From the IMG/VR virus record IMGVR_UViG_3300032328_000241, positions 1-37,127 of that record: a stretch of 37,127 nt of DNA; one strand, given 5' to 3'. The position numbers and the translations under genes are program-made. Position 1 is the first letter of the stretch. The number at the start of each line of letters is the position of its first letter. Positions 1-9,283 of the stretch are shown here, piece by piece. Under the pieces are notes generated by a model that saw only the letters and a list, made by a program, of their open reading frames with translations, made no database searches and was not told the DNA's origin. Origin of the DNA: a virus (taxonomy: Duplodnaviria; Caudoviricetes).

Positions 1-1511
1 ATAAACTGAGCCTTAATTCCTTCAATAGCACGTTGGAAACGCTTTGAAGAGCTATTCATCAAAGTATCCATTTCCTGATATGCAGTTGCTGCAAGTTCTT
101 TACTTGATTGACCCATAAGTCCAAGTACCGCATTTGTCTGGGAAGCACTTGCATTTAAGTTATCAAACAACGCTGATATACGAGCAAACTGATATTTACC
201 AAAAACATTTTCAATAACTTGTGCTTTTCCAAAATCATCAAGCAGTTGTAGTTGCTGTTGAAAAGCAATAATTGTTGGCATAAGTTGTCCACGATTTGCT
301 TGAACAATTTCATTAATATCAATGCCATATTGTTTTGCAGTTATAGATGCTTGTTTTGTTGGATTAATCAAAGAAGCCATACCAGACTTTAGAGCATTTG
401 CACCTTCTGCTGCTGAGATACCACCTTCTTTAAGGGCTACCATCAATAGGGATAAATCTTTTACGTCACCGCCAAGAGACTTAACAACTGGTCCAGCTTT
501 TGGAATTGCTGTTGTTAAATCTTGCAAAGAAAGAGATGTTTGGTTTTCTACTGCGTTAAGAAAGTTAACAGACTCTGCAAGTTCATCTGTGCTTATCTTA
601 AAAGCATTCTGCAAAGATAAAGTTGTTTTCATTGCATCTTGATTTGAAACATCACCAAGAACGGCAAGACGAGTTGTTTCTCTAAGTGAGGCAAGAAGTT
701 TTTGTCCTTCTAGACCAGTTGCTGCAAGGTCAGCAGCTAGGGATGCTGTTTCTTTTGCTGCAATTCCAAATGACCTTGAAAACTCTATAGCAAGGTTACG
801 AACATCGTCAATCATTTTATTGGTAGCTTCAGAATTACTATTCATTAAATCGCTTCCATAAACCTTCTGGAAACGTGTAAGTTCTGCATCTACTTCACGG
901 AAAATTTTAGATACTGTATTTCCGTAAATAGTTAAAGGAACAGTAAGACCAACAGTAATCTGACGACCTGCCCACTGTGTATTTTTACCAAAGTTAATTA
1001 AATGAGTTGTTCCATCTTGAACAAGGCTATTAAAGATAGACCACTGTTTTTGAGACACGGCAAGTTGAGTATTAAAGTCTTTAAGATTAATGGTTGCAGG
1101 GGTAATCATCATACCCATTTGCTTTCCATCCATACCCTTGCCAAGAGTCACAAGTTGTGACATTTCTCTGGCTACTTCACGAACAGCAAGTTTATGTGAA
1201 TTAGATGAACTTGTAAATGCACCAATAGCTTCTTTTGCATATTCCTTTAGGGTAAGTTTTTGCTTTAAAAGTGATTGCCCAAACATATCAACAGAGTCTG
1301 TAAGTTGAACCATTTTGGCATTCCAGCCACCAATTTTTCCAAGATCAGAAGCAAATGCTCCTGCAAGGTTTGACTTTAATCCTACAGACTGTTTGTCAAG
1401 ATTTTGAAGGGTATTATTAAGAGCATTAGCCTGATTAGTAAGCTGTTGCATTTGCCCAATAACAGGACCAAAGTTTGCTGTATATTGAAAATTAGCATTT
1501 ACATTAACCAT
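1..1511 (-). CDS. Tape measure protein, N-terminal part (runs off the window)
   Basis: ATG at 1511 overlaps the upstream TAA (TAATG). Reads MVNVNANFQYTANF...KNTQWAGRQITVGLTVPL..., helical and Ala/Gln/Leu-rich; follows the tail chaperones. Not in the ORF track because its stop is outside the window. Confidence 0.9.
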   Translation of the reverse strand, partial: MVNVNANFQYTANFGPVIGQMQQLTNQANALNNTLQNLDKQSVGLKSNLAGAFASDLGKIGGWNAKMVQLTDSVDMFGQSLLKQKLTLKEYAKEAIGAFTSSSNSHKLAVREVAREMSQLVTLGKGMDGKQMGMMITPATINLKDFNTQLAVSQKQWSIFNSLVQDGTTHLINFGKNTQWAGRQITVGLTVPLTIYGNTVSKIFREVDAELTRFQKVYGSDLMNSNSEATNKMIDDVRNLAIEFSRSFGIAAKETASLAADLAATGLEGQKLLASLRETTRLAVLGDVSNQDAMKTTLSLQNAFKISTDELAESVNFLNAVENQTSLSLQDLTTAIPKAGPVVKSLGGDVKDLSLLMVALKEGGISAAEGANALKSGMASLINPTKQASITAKQYGIDINEIVQANRGQLMPTIIAFQQQLQLLDDFGKAQVIENVFGKYQFARISALFDNLNASASQTNAVLGLMGQSSKELAATAYQEMDTLMNSSSKRFQRAIEGIKAQF

Positions 1512-1888
1512 TAACTAAGCCCCACAATATTATAGTCAAGACCATCTGACTTATTAATACCTTGCTGTATTGCTGTTGCTTCAACTTGGTTGCCTGTAAG
1601 TCTTGCGTGTACTCGTGCTTCGATATCCTGCAAGGTAGTAGCTCCAGAATCTTCACTTGTTTGTGATTGCTCTGACAAGTCTATACCCTGAATTGCAGCA
1701 AGAAATTTATTTTGACGATTTTCTTTTTCATGCATTGCACCTAATGTAGCTATCAATTCTTGCATAGAAAGACTTGACTCAAGTTCATCATAGTCTTTCC
1801 AGTGACCCAGAAGGAATACCTCCGATTCTAGGGCAGCTAGGTCTAGTTCATTCCAGCTAGTTCCTGAGCTGCCGTTAGCAGGTTTGGG
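1511..1888 (-). CDS. Tail assembly chaperone, frameshifted C-terminal segment (gpT-like)
   Basis: The -1 frame is open from the CCCAAAC heptamer (1888-1882) through SWNELDLAALESEVFLLGHWKDYDELESSLS into the 84-aa ORF ending at 1511. Confidence 0.8.
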   Translation of the reverse strand, partial: PKPANGSSGTSWNELDLAALESEVFLLGHWKDYDELESSLSMQELIATLGAMHEKENRQNKFLAAIQGIDLSEQSQTSEDSGATTLQDIEARVHARLTGNQVEATAIQQGINKSDGLDYNIVGLS

Positions 1889-2175
1889 TCGTTAAGCTTG
1901 ATATCTGCAGCAACCTCCAATATTTTATACATAGATTGAAGATCTAAAGCCTCTTCTAGCTTTTCCTTTTCAGAAAGTTCTGGTGCAAATTGCTTCATAG
2001 CAATAGAAGTACATTCAAGTAGTAGGTCTAGAAACTCATCTTCTGTATTTTTTGTTTCTACTTCTCTCCACTTTGTCATAACCTGACGTAAGTTCTTGAG
2101 GTTCAGTGGCTTTACAGTAATTACTGTTCCGTCCTGAAGTTCGATTTCGATTGATTCATAAATTTTGGTAGCCAT
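1843..2175 (-). CDS. Tail assembly chaperone (gpG-like)
   Basis: 110 aa between tail tube and tape measure; AGGAG RBS; slippery site near its 3' end. Confidence 0.85.
   Translation of the reverse strand: MATKIYESIEIELQDGTVITVKPLNLKNLRQVMTKWREVETKNTEDEFLDLLLECTSIAMKQFAPELSEKEKLEEALDLQSMYKILEVAADIKLNDPNLLTAAQELAGMN
1882..1888 (-). other. -1 programmed ribosomal frameshift site C CCA AAC
   Basis: X XXY YYZ heptamer in the correct phase (GAC CCA AAC); the -1 frame has a TAA just upstream and is open downstream. Confidence 0.8.
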
Positions 2176-2230
2176 TTTTCTCCTATGTTATCCTTTGTCC
2201 ATTATAGCCTATTATTCTTTACATAAAAGC

Positions 2231-2260
2231 AATATGGTGGGTATTTCTACCCACCATATT
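2231..2260 (-). terminator. Intrinsic terminator after the tail tube gene
   Basis: Perfect 13-bp stem AATATGGTGGGTA/TACCCACCATATT, followed by GCTTTT on the minus strand. Confidence 0.8.
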
Positions 2261-2283
2261 ACACGATATTTAGTTATAGATTA

Positions 2284-3018
2284 TTAAACAGTGTAAACTC
2301 TGTCGATAATCTTTCCGTAAGTTGATTCTGAACCAGTAGAAGCTACACCTCTGTAAGTATCAGAAGGTAGAAGACGGAATGTCACTGGGAAAACCGTGGC
2401 TTCATTTCTCTTAATACCAATAGATACTGTTTCCATAGAAACTGCACGATATCCAACGTATAGTCTTTCTGCTCTTTGGCTTGTTCCAGGTCTGATTGAA
2501 TCAGGAGCTGGACCAACAACTAAAAGCGAACGCTCAATAGGTGAGTAACCAAGAGCACCACCATTAAGTGTAAGAGAACGAATACTGTTTGATCCAGATG
2601 AAGACGTAGATGTAAGGTCAGTACTATCTCCACCAAGAGTAATCAAGAAGTTTTCTAGAGTAGCTTCAGTGAAGGTTGTCTTAACCATAACAGTCTGACC
2701 TTGCTTAAAGATCTTTGCAACATCAAGAAGTTGATCAACCTGAACTTCACCATAATCTGGAGAAAAGTCAAATGTTACACCTTCAGATGTGTATCCAACG
2801 TGTGTCCAGTTATCAGCATCTACAGTATCTGGATTATCAAACGTACCTTGAGCACCTGCTCCAGCTAGAGCTCCTGCGTTAAGATTAGAAGCACTAGAAG
2901 CAATACGAGTTGTTGCTCCAACTGCTGGAATGTCATTTTCATTGTATTCTACACCAACAAGCTTACCAAGGTAAACTGTACCAGCACCAACAATAATATT
3001 TTTTGCATTATTTGCCAT
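2284..3018 (-). CDS. Major tail (tube) protein
   Basis: NIIVGAG..Y and VGYTSEGV motifs typical of actinophage tail tube proteins; AAGGAGGTG RBS; synteny. Confidence 0.85.
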   Translation of the reverse strand: MANNAKNIIVGAGTVYLGKLVGVEYNENDIPAVGATTRIASSASNLNAGALAGAGAQGTFDNPDTVDADNWTHVGYTSEGVTFDFSPDYGEVQVDQLLDVAKIFKQGQTVMVKTTFTEATLENFLITLGGDSTDLTSTSSSGSNSIRSLTLNGGALGYSPIERSLLVVGPAPDSIRPGTSQRAERLYVGYRAVSMETVSIGIKRNEATVFPVTFRLLPSDTYRGVASTGSESTYGKIIDRVYTV

Positions 3019-3093
3019 ATTTTTTTTGCACCTCCTTGCATATTTGAATTAGCTTTCGGGGGCTTCCTCAATATCTATTTTACCACAGTTATC

Positions 3094-3582
3094 TTACGAG
3101 CGTGAATACTCATAGGTTACATATAAGGTTGACAGATTAAGTCCAGACTCTAAGCCAACAGGCTTTTTTTCATCTAAAGCATACTGTTCTTGGCGAACTT
3201 TAATGTATTTAAACCTAATTCCACTATCATCAATATAGTTGTTTATATCATCTGCTGATTCGTCAAAATTGCCTAAAACATCATAAATAAAGTTTTTTAA
3301 GGGATATAGCTTATTCCAAGGTCCAACAATAGTTAAAGTTGCTTCTTCTTTAATTAATGGGAAAGTCTTTACATCTGATCCAGTATAAAGAAAGTCATAC
3401 AGGATATATGGGTTTGGATTAGTAATAGCATTTGAGTCATTTATAGCAAAAAATGGTTGAACGGTATATGAATCAACATCCCAAACACTAGAAGGAAGTT
3501 TAGTACTTCCACTAACTTGACCTTTAGCTAAACCCCAAAGGTAATTGCCAATAAGAATTACTGGTAATTTTGTATAATCCAT
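3094..3582 (-). CDS. Putative tail terminator protein
   Basis: 162 aa immediately upstream of the tail tube gene; PYILY motif; call is mainly from synteny. Confidence 0.55.
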   Translation of the reverse strand: MDYTKLPVILIGNYLWGLAKGQVSGSTKLPSSVWDVDSYTVQPFFAINDSNAITNPNPYILYDFLYTGSDVKTFPLIKEEATLTIVGPWNKLYPLKNFIYDVLGNFDESADDINNYIDDSGIRFKYIKVRQEQYALDEKKPVGLESGLNLSTLYVTYEYSRS

Positions 3583-4259
3583 TATATCTTTGATCTCCTA
3601 GCTATTTTATTTGCTGAGTCTGAACCCATAGAGATACCATTAAAATTACCTGCGTTAATTCTTGTCAAAGCTAAATCTGATTCCTTTGATAACTCTATAT
3701 TAATTTTATCATAAAAACCCATATCTTCTAGGATTGAGGATGCTTGACGAGATATAAACATATTAAACTCATCTGCAAAAGCCCCCTGAACTTGTTCTCC
3801 TCCAGGATTTGGGATATAAACACTTTTAGTAAATACCTTTTCTCCATCAACATCAAAGACTAGGTATTTTCCACTTCTTGGTTTAATTGTTAATGGGGTT
3901 CCTGCTTCCATTATAAAAGCCTTTCTCACATACACCTGTCCACTTTTCTCCTGCACTGTGGCGGATCTAAACTGATACTGAATACTTGGAACACCAGTAT
4001 TTGCTGAAATAGTATAATAGAATAGTCTAGCATTTTGCTGACCAGTTTTACCAGTTTCATAAACGTGATGAAAAGATGCATGATCTCTACGAGCAAGATT
4101 ATCCATATAAAATCCAAAATAGTTACCAATAACACTTAAGGCACTTTCAATAATAGCATTACGATTCTTTGGATTATTGTGTAATTCTGTTAAAACAGCA
4201 GAGTGGTATTTTGCTGAAGCAACAATTTTTTCTGGCATTTTGCCTGTGTTTACTGGCAT
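3582..4259 (-). CDS. Putative neck/tail completion protein
   Basis: 225 aa; HHVYE.G and MEAG.PLTIKPR..K.L.F motifs seen in HK97 gp10-like neck proteins; synteny. Confidence 0.55.
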   Translation of the reverse strand: MPVNTGKMPEKIVASAKYHSAVLTELHNNPKNRNAIIESALSVIGNYFGFYMDNLARRDHASFHHVYETGKTGQQNARLFYYTISANTGVPSIQYQFRSATVQEKSGQVYVRKAFIMEAGTPLTIKPRSGKYLVFDVDGEKVFTKSVYIPNPGGEQVQGAFADEFNMFISRQASSILEDMGFYDKINIELSKESDLALTRINAGNFNGISMGSDSANKIARRSKI

Positions 4260-4260
4260 A

Positions 4261-4704
4261 TTAAGCCACTTCTAATGACTGTATTTCTTGACGCTTTAAT
4301 ACTGTTTCATATTCTAGTACTCTTCCAAGATAGTCAAGAAGTGGGGTAGTTCCAGATGGTTCAAATATTGTTGCTCCATTTAATCCACCTGCGGTATTTT
4401 GAATATAATCTTCTGTCCAAATAACACCCTCAGAGTTTCTTATTGCAACAACACGATATTCAGTAGATATTGGATCTGATGTTCTAATTTTAATAAAATC
4501 TTTTGTTATTGTGATGTAGTCCTTTATGCCAACATCTGCTGAGTTACCACCAAGTTGTGATCCAAGAATACCACGAGCATAACAGCCAACTGTTTCTTTT
4601 AACTCCCAAGACTTTGTAATCATACCGTTTGTTGAGTCACGGACTGTTGTTGGCTCATAAATATCGGCGGTCATTGTATATGTTGATACAGATAAACAAG
4701 ACAT
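4261..4704 (-). CDS. Putative head closure (stopper) protein
   Basis: 147 aa, beta-rich, follows the adaptor; synteny. Confidence 0.55.
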   Translation of the reverse strand: MSCLSVSTYTMTADIYEPTTVRDSTNGMITKSWELKETVGCYARGILGSQLGGNSADVGIKDYITITKDFIKIRTSDPISTEYRVVAIRNSEGVIWTEDYIQNTAGGLNGATIFEPSGTTPLLDYLGRVLEYETVLKRQEIQSLEVA

Positions 4705-5880
4705 TTAAATCGCCTTTAGATTCCAAACCTTATATTGAGAAAGTAACGAGTCTACATATAAGTTTCCAGTGCCATTTAACATTCCATCTGCAAACTGAAT
4801 ATTAAATGAGTCATTTTGGATTGACTTTAATCCCTTATTTCTGTAAATAAAATCGTTACATAGGAAGTCATTAATTAGTTCATATACTGCAATCTTAATA
4901 TCTTCTGGAACTGCCTTCCATCCATATTCTCCACGAACTAAATATGCAGAGTCTTTTCCAAAGTATGAAGGGTTTTGTAAAGGATTTTGATCTACCCATT
5001 CAGTAATATTTACACCTTCTGCAACAACTCTAATAGAAAACTTGCTTGGTGCTATTCCTAGAGTTACATCAAGTAAGTCAACAGGGGGTTCTTCTGTGGA
5101 GTCATATATTAAAAAGTCATCAAAGATAATCTTATCAAATGATTCAATTCTTTGACCTAAATGCAAAAGGTCGGTATTTTGTCCATAAGCACCTACTGTC
5201 TTATATTCAAACTTAAATTCATTTCCAGTATAAGCATTAATCAAATACCTTGCTTTTCTTTCAAGCTTTTGAATAAATGCATCTGTCTGATTTGCAAGAA
5301 TACTTGCTGTTCCATTAAAATTATTCAAAAAGTAACTTTTTATTTCAGAAACTGTTGCATATGGTCTCTTTACTAAAATATCTATATTATCTGTTGAGTA
5401 TCCATTTATTTGTATAGATTGTATCTCAATTAATAATGATCTGTCGTATTTGCATATATCACTATTTAAACTAATGGTATAACTAGTTGTTCCTTGCTTT
5501 AAAACTTTATGTACTCCAGATTGAGCACCGCTTGTATTTACAAGACTTGTTGGAGATGTTGTATATATATTAAACTGGCTACTACTTGTTTTTAAAACAT
5601 AGTAGGTAGTTGTTGTATTTATGCCAGTTGGAAGTGCTCCAGTAGTAGAAAATTTAATAGCATCTCCAGTAACATAAGTATGGTTTGCTTGGGTAATTAC
5701 TGCAGGACTGGCAATGCTAATTGTGCTTACCGTTCCAGTATCTGGTGTAAAATCAACTTCTTCATATTGGATATATGCATCATTTGTGTTGTCATAAACA
5801 CTATAAACTACATTAGTTGTATTTTGTGGTGCTGTATAGGTAAAACTTGCAGTTCCTAAATCATTTACTAAAACTTCCAT
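4705..5880 (-). CDS. Head-tail adaptor with extra N-terminal beta domains
   Basis: The C-terminal part has PYATVSE and YGWKAVPEDIKIA adaptor motifs; the N-terminal part carries a Thr-rich insertion. Confidence 0.7.
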   Translation of the reverse strand: MEVLVNDLGTASFTYTAPQNTTNVVYSVYDNTNDAYIQYEEVDFTPDTGTVSTISIASPAVITQANHTYVTGDAIKFSTTGALPTGINTTTTYYVLKTSSSQFNIYTTSPTSLVNTSGAQSGVHKVLKQGTTSYTISLNSDICKYDRSLLIEIQSIQINGYSTDNIDILVKRPYATVSEIKSYFLNNFNGTASILANQTDAFIQKLERKARYLINAYTGNEFKFEYKTVGAYGQNTDLLHLGQRIESFDKIIFDDFLIYDSTEEPPVDLLDVTLGIAPSKFSIRVVAEGVNITEWVDQNPLQNPSYFGKDSAYLVRGEYGWKAVPEDIKIAVYELINDFLCNDFIYRNKGLKSIQNDSFNIQFADGMLNGTGNLYVDSLLSQYKVWNLKAI

Positions 5881-6297
5881 TTAAAAACCATAGAAAGATT
5901 CTACTTCTTCCTTGGTAGCCTCCCTAACTTCATCTGCTTGGTGAGTCAATATTTGCTCTGCCAGCGATTTATTTACAAGTACAAATGGCTCGTCCATATC
6001 AAACTTAACACCGTTTCCAGCATAGTATCCACCACGTTTAATTGCCATAGTTAAAAGAACTTTTTCTTCTTTTTTGGATTCTACTTTTGCTTCTTCTATT
6101 TTTACTTTAACTTCTTCTTTTGTAGGACCCTCTTCATAGTCAAACAATGATTTTGATGATTCTTCATACATTTGCCAAGTAACCTTGGCTTCTTCAATAG
6201 CCTCAATAATATCTTGTTTTCTTGCATTCTTTGATACCTCAATATCAAATGCTAGACATAAACCCTTAAGGTCTCCGATTGTTTTACTAGATAACAT
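5881..6297 (-). CDS. Hypothetical protein with N-terminal HeH/Rho-N-like motif
   Basis: KTIGDLKGLC..FDIEVSKNARKQDIIEAI pattern; AGGAGG RBS; follows the capsid gene. Confidence 0.6.
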   Translation of the reverse strand: MLSSKTIGDLKGLCLAFDIEVSKNARKQDIIEAIEEAKVTWQMYEESSKSLFDYEEGPTKEEVKVKIEEAKVESKKEEKVLLTMAIKRGGYYAGNGVKFDMDEPFVLVNKSLAEQILTHQADEVREATKEEVESFYGF

Positions 6298-6332
6298 AAA
6301 TCCTCCTAATTACTAATTATACACTAAAAAGA

Positions 6333-6365
6333 AGTAAGGGTCGAACCAAAAGTCCGACCCTTACT
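6333..6365 (-). terminator. Intrinsic terminator after the major capsid gene
   Basis: AGTAAGGGTCG/CGACCCTTACT stem followed by TCTTTTT on the minus strand. Confidence 0.8.
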
Positions 6366-6379
6366 AAGATAGCATATAA

Positions 6380-7444
6380 CTAAGCAGTTGGTACTGCGTA
6401 GGCTACTGCCGACTTTTCTTCTAGTGCTACACCCATACGGACGTAGACTGTGTACTCTACAGAGTCCTTTCGTGGTTGGAACTCACGATGTACTGTAACA
6501 TCTCTCTGGAAACCCCAAATGCGGTTTGAAGGAAGAGTTAGGTCTACATAGTCTTCTGGATACAAAGGAACTTCTTGAACTGGAAGACCGAAGATGGTGT
6601 ATTGAGCACCAGCTGGACCGCCAATTCTAGGAGTAACTCCATCGATCACACGAGTAGCAACATCGTAAGGAACTGAAGTTCCGTCAGTTGTATTAACTGT
6701 GCGAAGCTCTGTTAACAATTCCTGAATATGCTTGCTATTCATGTAGAACTTAAGATCCTGACGGCGAGCCTTGAACTTACGAGGCATTGCGTTGTAGATT
6801 GCTTCGATTGCATCAAGAGTCAACTTTGCGGAAGATCCATCGCCTGAATCAGGAGTAGCTTCCCAGATGCTTGTCATAGTTGCAGCAGCTGCTGCAGCTT
6901 CGTGTGCACCTGCAAAGTTAGTATCCTTAATCTGACGGATAAATCCTGCAAGAGTATTGTTGTATGTACCGTCACCAGAATTTCCTGGACGACCATTAAT
7001 TGCAATATCTTCCAAGTCGTTTCCGAACTGAGTTGCCATCAAACGTACAACGTGGTCCTCTAGAGACGCACCTTCAATAGAGTCCTCTAGGGATTCTGTT
7101 GATAGTTCGTACTGTAGACGGAACTTTGTTGTTGTAAGTTCGATCTTTGTGAATGCTGGAGCACTGTTTGCACCTGTATCATCAGCCTGTGTAGCTTTTG
7201 TTACAAGACGTGAACCAACACGGATCTTATCCAATTCCATAGTATTTCCACGCATCGTTACCTTGCGACCATCGTTAGCTAGAACCATCTGGTCAAAGAT
7301 GTATTCGATAAATTGTGTAGATTGTGTTGGGTTAAGAACACCACCTGCGTCACCAGAATTTCCTTGTGCTGTCATAGCACCAGGAGATGATAGTGGAGAA
7401 AGAACTGTGCCGCTTGCTACGGCTTTTTCTAAAATATCACTCAT
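6380..7444 (-). CDS. Major capsid protein (HK97 fold)
   Basis: GG.LNP.QS..FI, LED...EG..LEDH, FGNDLEDIAING motifs; follows protease/scaffold. Confidence 0.9.
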   Translation of the reverse strand: MSDILEKAVASGTVLSPLSSPGAMTAQGNSGDAGGVLNPTQSTQFIEYIFDQMVLANDGRKVTMRGNTMELDKIRVGSRLVTKATQADDTGANSAPAFTKIELTTTKFRLQYELSTESLEDSIEGASLEDHVVRLMATQFGNDLEDIAINGRPGNSGDGTYNNTLAGFIRQIKDTNFAGAHEAAAAAATMTSIWEATPDSGDGSSAKLTLDAIEAIYNAMPRKFKARRQDLKFYMNSKHIQELLTELRTVNTTDGTSVPYDVATRVIDGVTPRIGGPAGAQYTIFGLPVQEVPLYPEDYVDLTLPSNRIWGFQRDVTVHREFQPRKDSVEYTVYVRMGVALEEKSAVAYAVPTA

Positions 7445-7472
7445 TTTTTATTTTTCACCTACCTTTTATTTT

Positions 7473-8045
7473 CTAATTTAAGTATTGCGAGGAACTGAGG
7501 AAGCGTCCCCCCCATACAGAATCTGACTTCTGGATGGTTGTTTCTGTGGAACTCTCAAGTTCCCCAGACTTTTTTACAGCGGTATCATTTTCTACAGATT
7601 CCAATCTTCCATTAATTGTTTGTACTGCACTTACGATATCCGCCAAACCTTTGTTGATCTCTTCAAAACGAGAATCATTTTCTACAAGCTTATCGGTTAA
7701 AGCCTTTGTTACTTCTGCAACGGTATTTACAACACCATTTACAGCAGCAGCATTTGTTTCGCCACTCTTTGTAAGAGCCTCGCCAACAAAATTTTTGATT
7801 TCACTAAGAGTCTTTTCAAGGTCAGTCGCCTCACCATTATCGGTGGAAGCGTCATCTGTAGATTCCTCTGTCTCTACTGATGTTTCGACTGTTTCTTCTG
7901 CTGCTTCAACTTCATCAGACTTTGCAATTTCTTCTTCTGCTGGAGCTTCTTCAGCTTCAACAATTTCATCAACCACAACTTCTTCTGAAACTTCTACAAT
8001 TTCTTCAACTGTAGCGTCTTCTGCAACTTCGTTATTTTCAGTCAT
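7473..8045 (-). CDS. Probable nested in-frame scaffolding protein (internal start MTENNEV)
   Basis: AAGGAGGTG RBS 5 nt before an in-frame ATG at 8045, at the start of the acidic domain. Confidence 0.65.
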   Translation of the reverse strand: MTENNEVAEDATVEEIVEVSEEVVVDEIVEAEEAPAEEEIAKSDEVEAAEETVETSVETEESTDDASTDNGEATDLEKTLSEIKNFVGEALTKSGETNAAAVNGVVNTVAEVTKALTDKLVENDSRFEEINKGLADIVSAVQTINGRLESVENDTAVKKSGELESSTETTIQKSDSVWGGRFLSSSQYLN

Positions 8046-9254
8046 ATCAACACCTCCTTCATTTATTTGGATGGCAACTGACTCTTTTTCGTCATTTGCC
8101 TTATTCACTACTGTGTTAGGTAGAGAAACTTCTGGTTGTACACCAATAGACTTAAGGACTTTAACTGTCCAAGATCTAAGTGTACTCATTTTATGTCCTA
8201 CAACTGTTTTAGACGGCTTCCAAGAGTCTCCGTCTTTTTGATAAACTCTAATAGTAACCGCTGGGTCTTCTGGTGTCCCTGTAATAGTAAAACTAGAGTT
8301 TGGTACTTTAATTTTACCATTAGTTACTACTCTTGTTATCTTACCTCTTGCTGTACCACCTGATGCATTCCACTGAACAAAATCTCCAGTAGAAAATGAT
8401 GCTTTTTCCATCTCATACCTTTTTTTCTTTTTGCGATTTGATTCTGTCTGAATGTCTGAAAATCTTGGATTTTGTTTTGGATACTTCTTTGGAACATCAT
8501 CACTTGTAATAGTTCCAGGATTAACTGCCTTATGCATTTCAATTATTTTTGACATTGCTTGTTCAACATTTGCCTTTGTAATTTCGTCAATCCAGCCAAT
8601 AGATGAAAGTTCTGAACTGCAAGAAGCACAGGAATACTTTTCTTCACTTGAAAGATATGCCATTTCTTCTGTTTCACACCAGAATACATTTTGGATATTG
8701 GACTTGGAGAACATTCCATCAACAACATCACCATCTAGTGTTTTCTGAATAGAAAAGATATTGGCAAACTGATTAGCAGGTGAATCAACAAGTGATAGTT
8801 CTACTAAATCATATTCTTTAATTACACGAACTGTTTTATTTGATTCTTCATCAAGTTCGTTATCTGTGTCTTTAATTGCACCGCCGATTGAAAAACCAGT
8901 GAGTGTACCATCAAGAACCATCTCCCAGATGTCTTGAGCACCCTTAGAAACATAAGCATCTACAAAAACTCCTGTGTATTGCTTGCTTGTCTCTGGGTCG
9001 AAAAAAGTGTCTGATCTAAAAGAAACAACCTTTCCTGCTGGAATAGGTTGGTGCATCAATCTTACGTTACCACGAAAGTTTGCAAAAGCTTTTTGTGATG
9101 CTTCTGGAAGTACTCTATCGCCTTGCTTATCGATATTATCAAGTGTTGCAAAGCCAGAAACAATACGCTTTTCTTCATCAATCTTAGAAATAGGCATCGT
9201 CAAGTTGACGCTGTTACCATTCATAGAAAGCGATGCTTTTTGTAAATTAATCAT
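7473..9254 (-). CDS. Prohead protease fused to a Tudor-like insert and an acidic scaffold domain
   Basis: RIVSGFAT..D..GD, LMH, GFSIGG, ELSLVDSPAN motifs of HK97-type protease; acidic coiled-coil C-terminus. Confidence 0.9.
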   Translation of the reverse strand: MINLQKASLSMNGNSVNLTMPISKIDEEKRIVSGFATLDNIDKQGDRVLPEASQKAFANFRGNVRLMHQPIPAGKVVSFRSDTFFDPETSKQYTGVFVDAYVSKGAQDIWEMVLDGTLTGFSIGGAIKDTDNELDEESNKTVRVIKEYDLVELSLVDSPANQFANIFSIQKTLDGDVVDGMFSKSNIQNVFWCETEEMAYLSSEEKYSCASCSSELSSIGWIDEITKANVEQAMSKIIEMHKAVNPGTITSDDVPKKYPKQNPRFSDIQTESNRKKKKRYEMEKASFSTGDFVQWNASGGTARGKITRVVTNGKIKVPNSSFTITGTPEDPAVTIRVYQKDGDSWKPSKTVVGHKMSTLRSWTVKVLKSIGVQPEVSLPNTVVNKANDEKESVAIQINEGGVDMTENNEVAEDATVEEIVEVSEEVVVDEIVEAEEAPAEEEIAKSDEVEAAEETVETSVETEESTDDASTDNGEATDLEKTLSEIKNFVGEALTKSGETNAAAVNGVVNTVAEVTKALTDKLVENDSRFEEINKGLADIVSAVQTINGRLESVENDTAVKKSGELESSTETTIQKSDSVWGGRFLSSSQYLN

Positions 9255-9283
9255 AACACTTTAATTATACAGTGTTTTTCTTG

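Noticed and set aside
6341-6357. LexA SOS box (TCGAAC...)
   Set aside because: The right half and spacing do not match, and the sequence is part of the capsid terminator hairpin.
7534-8241. 235-aa plus-strand ORF and other antisense or alternate-frame ORFs in the track (e.g. 322, 7149, 16366, 21965, 22629, 27558)
   Set aside because: Shadows of well-supported genes or of regulatory DNA, with no RBS or recognisable motifs.
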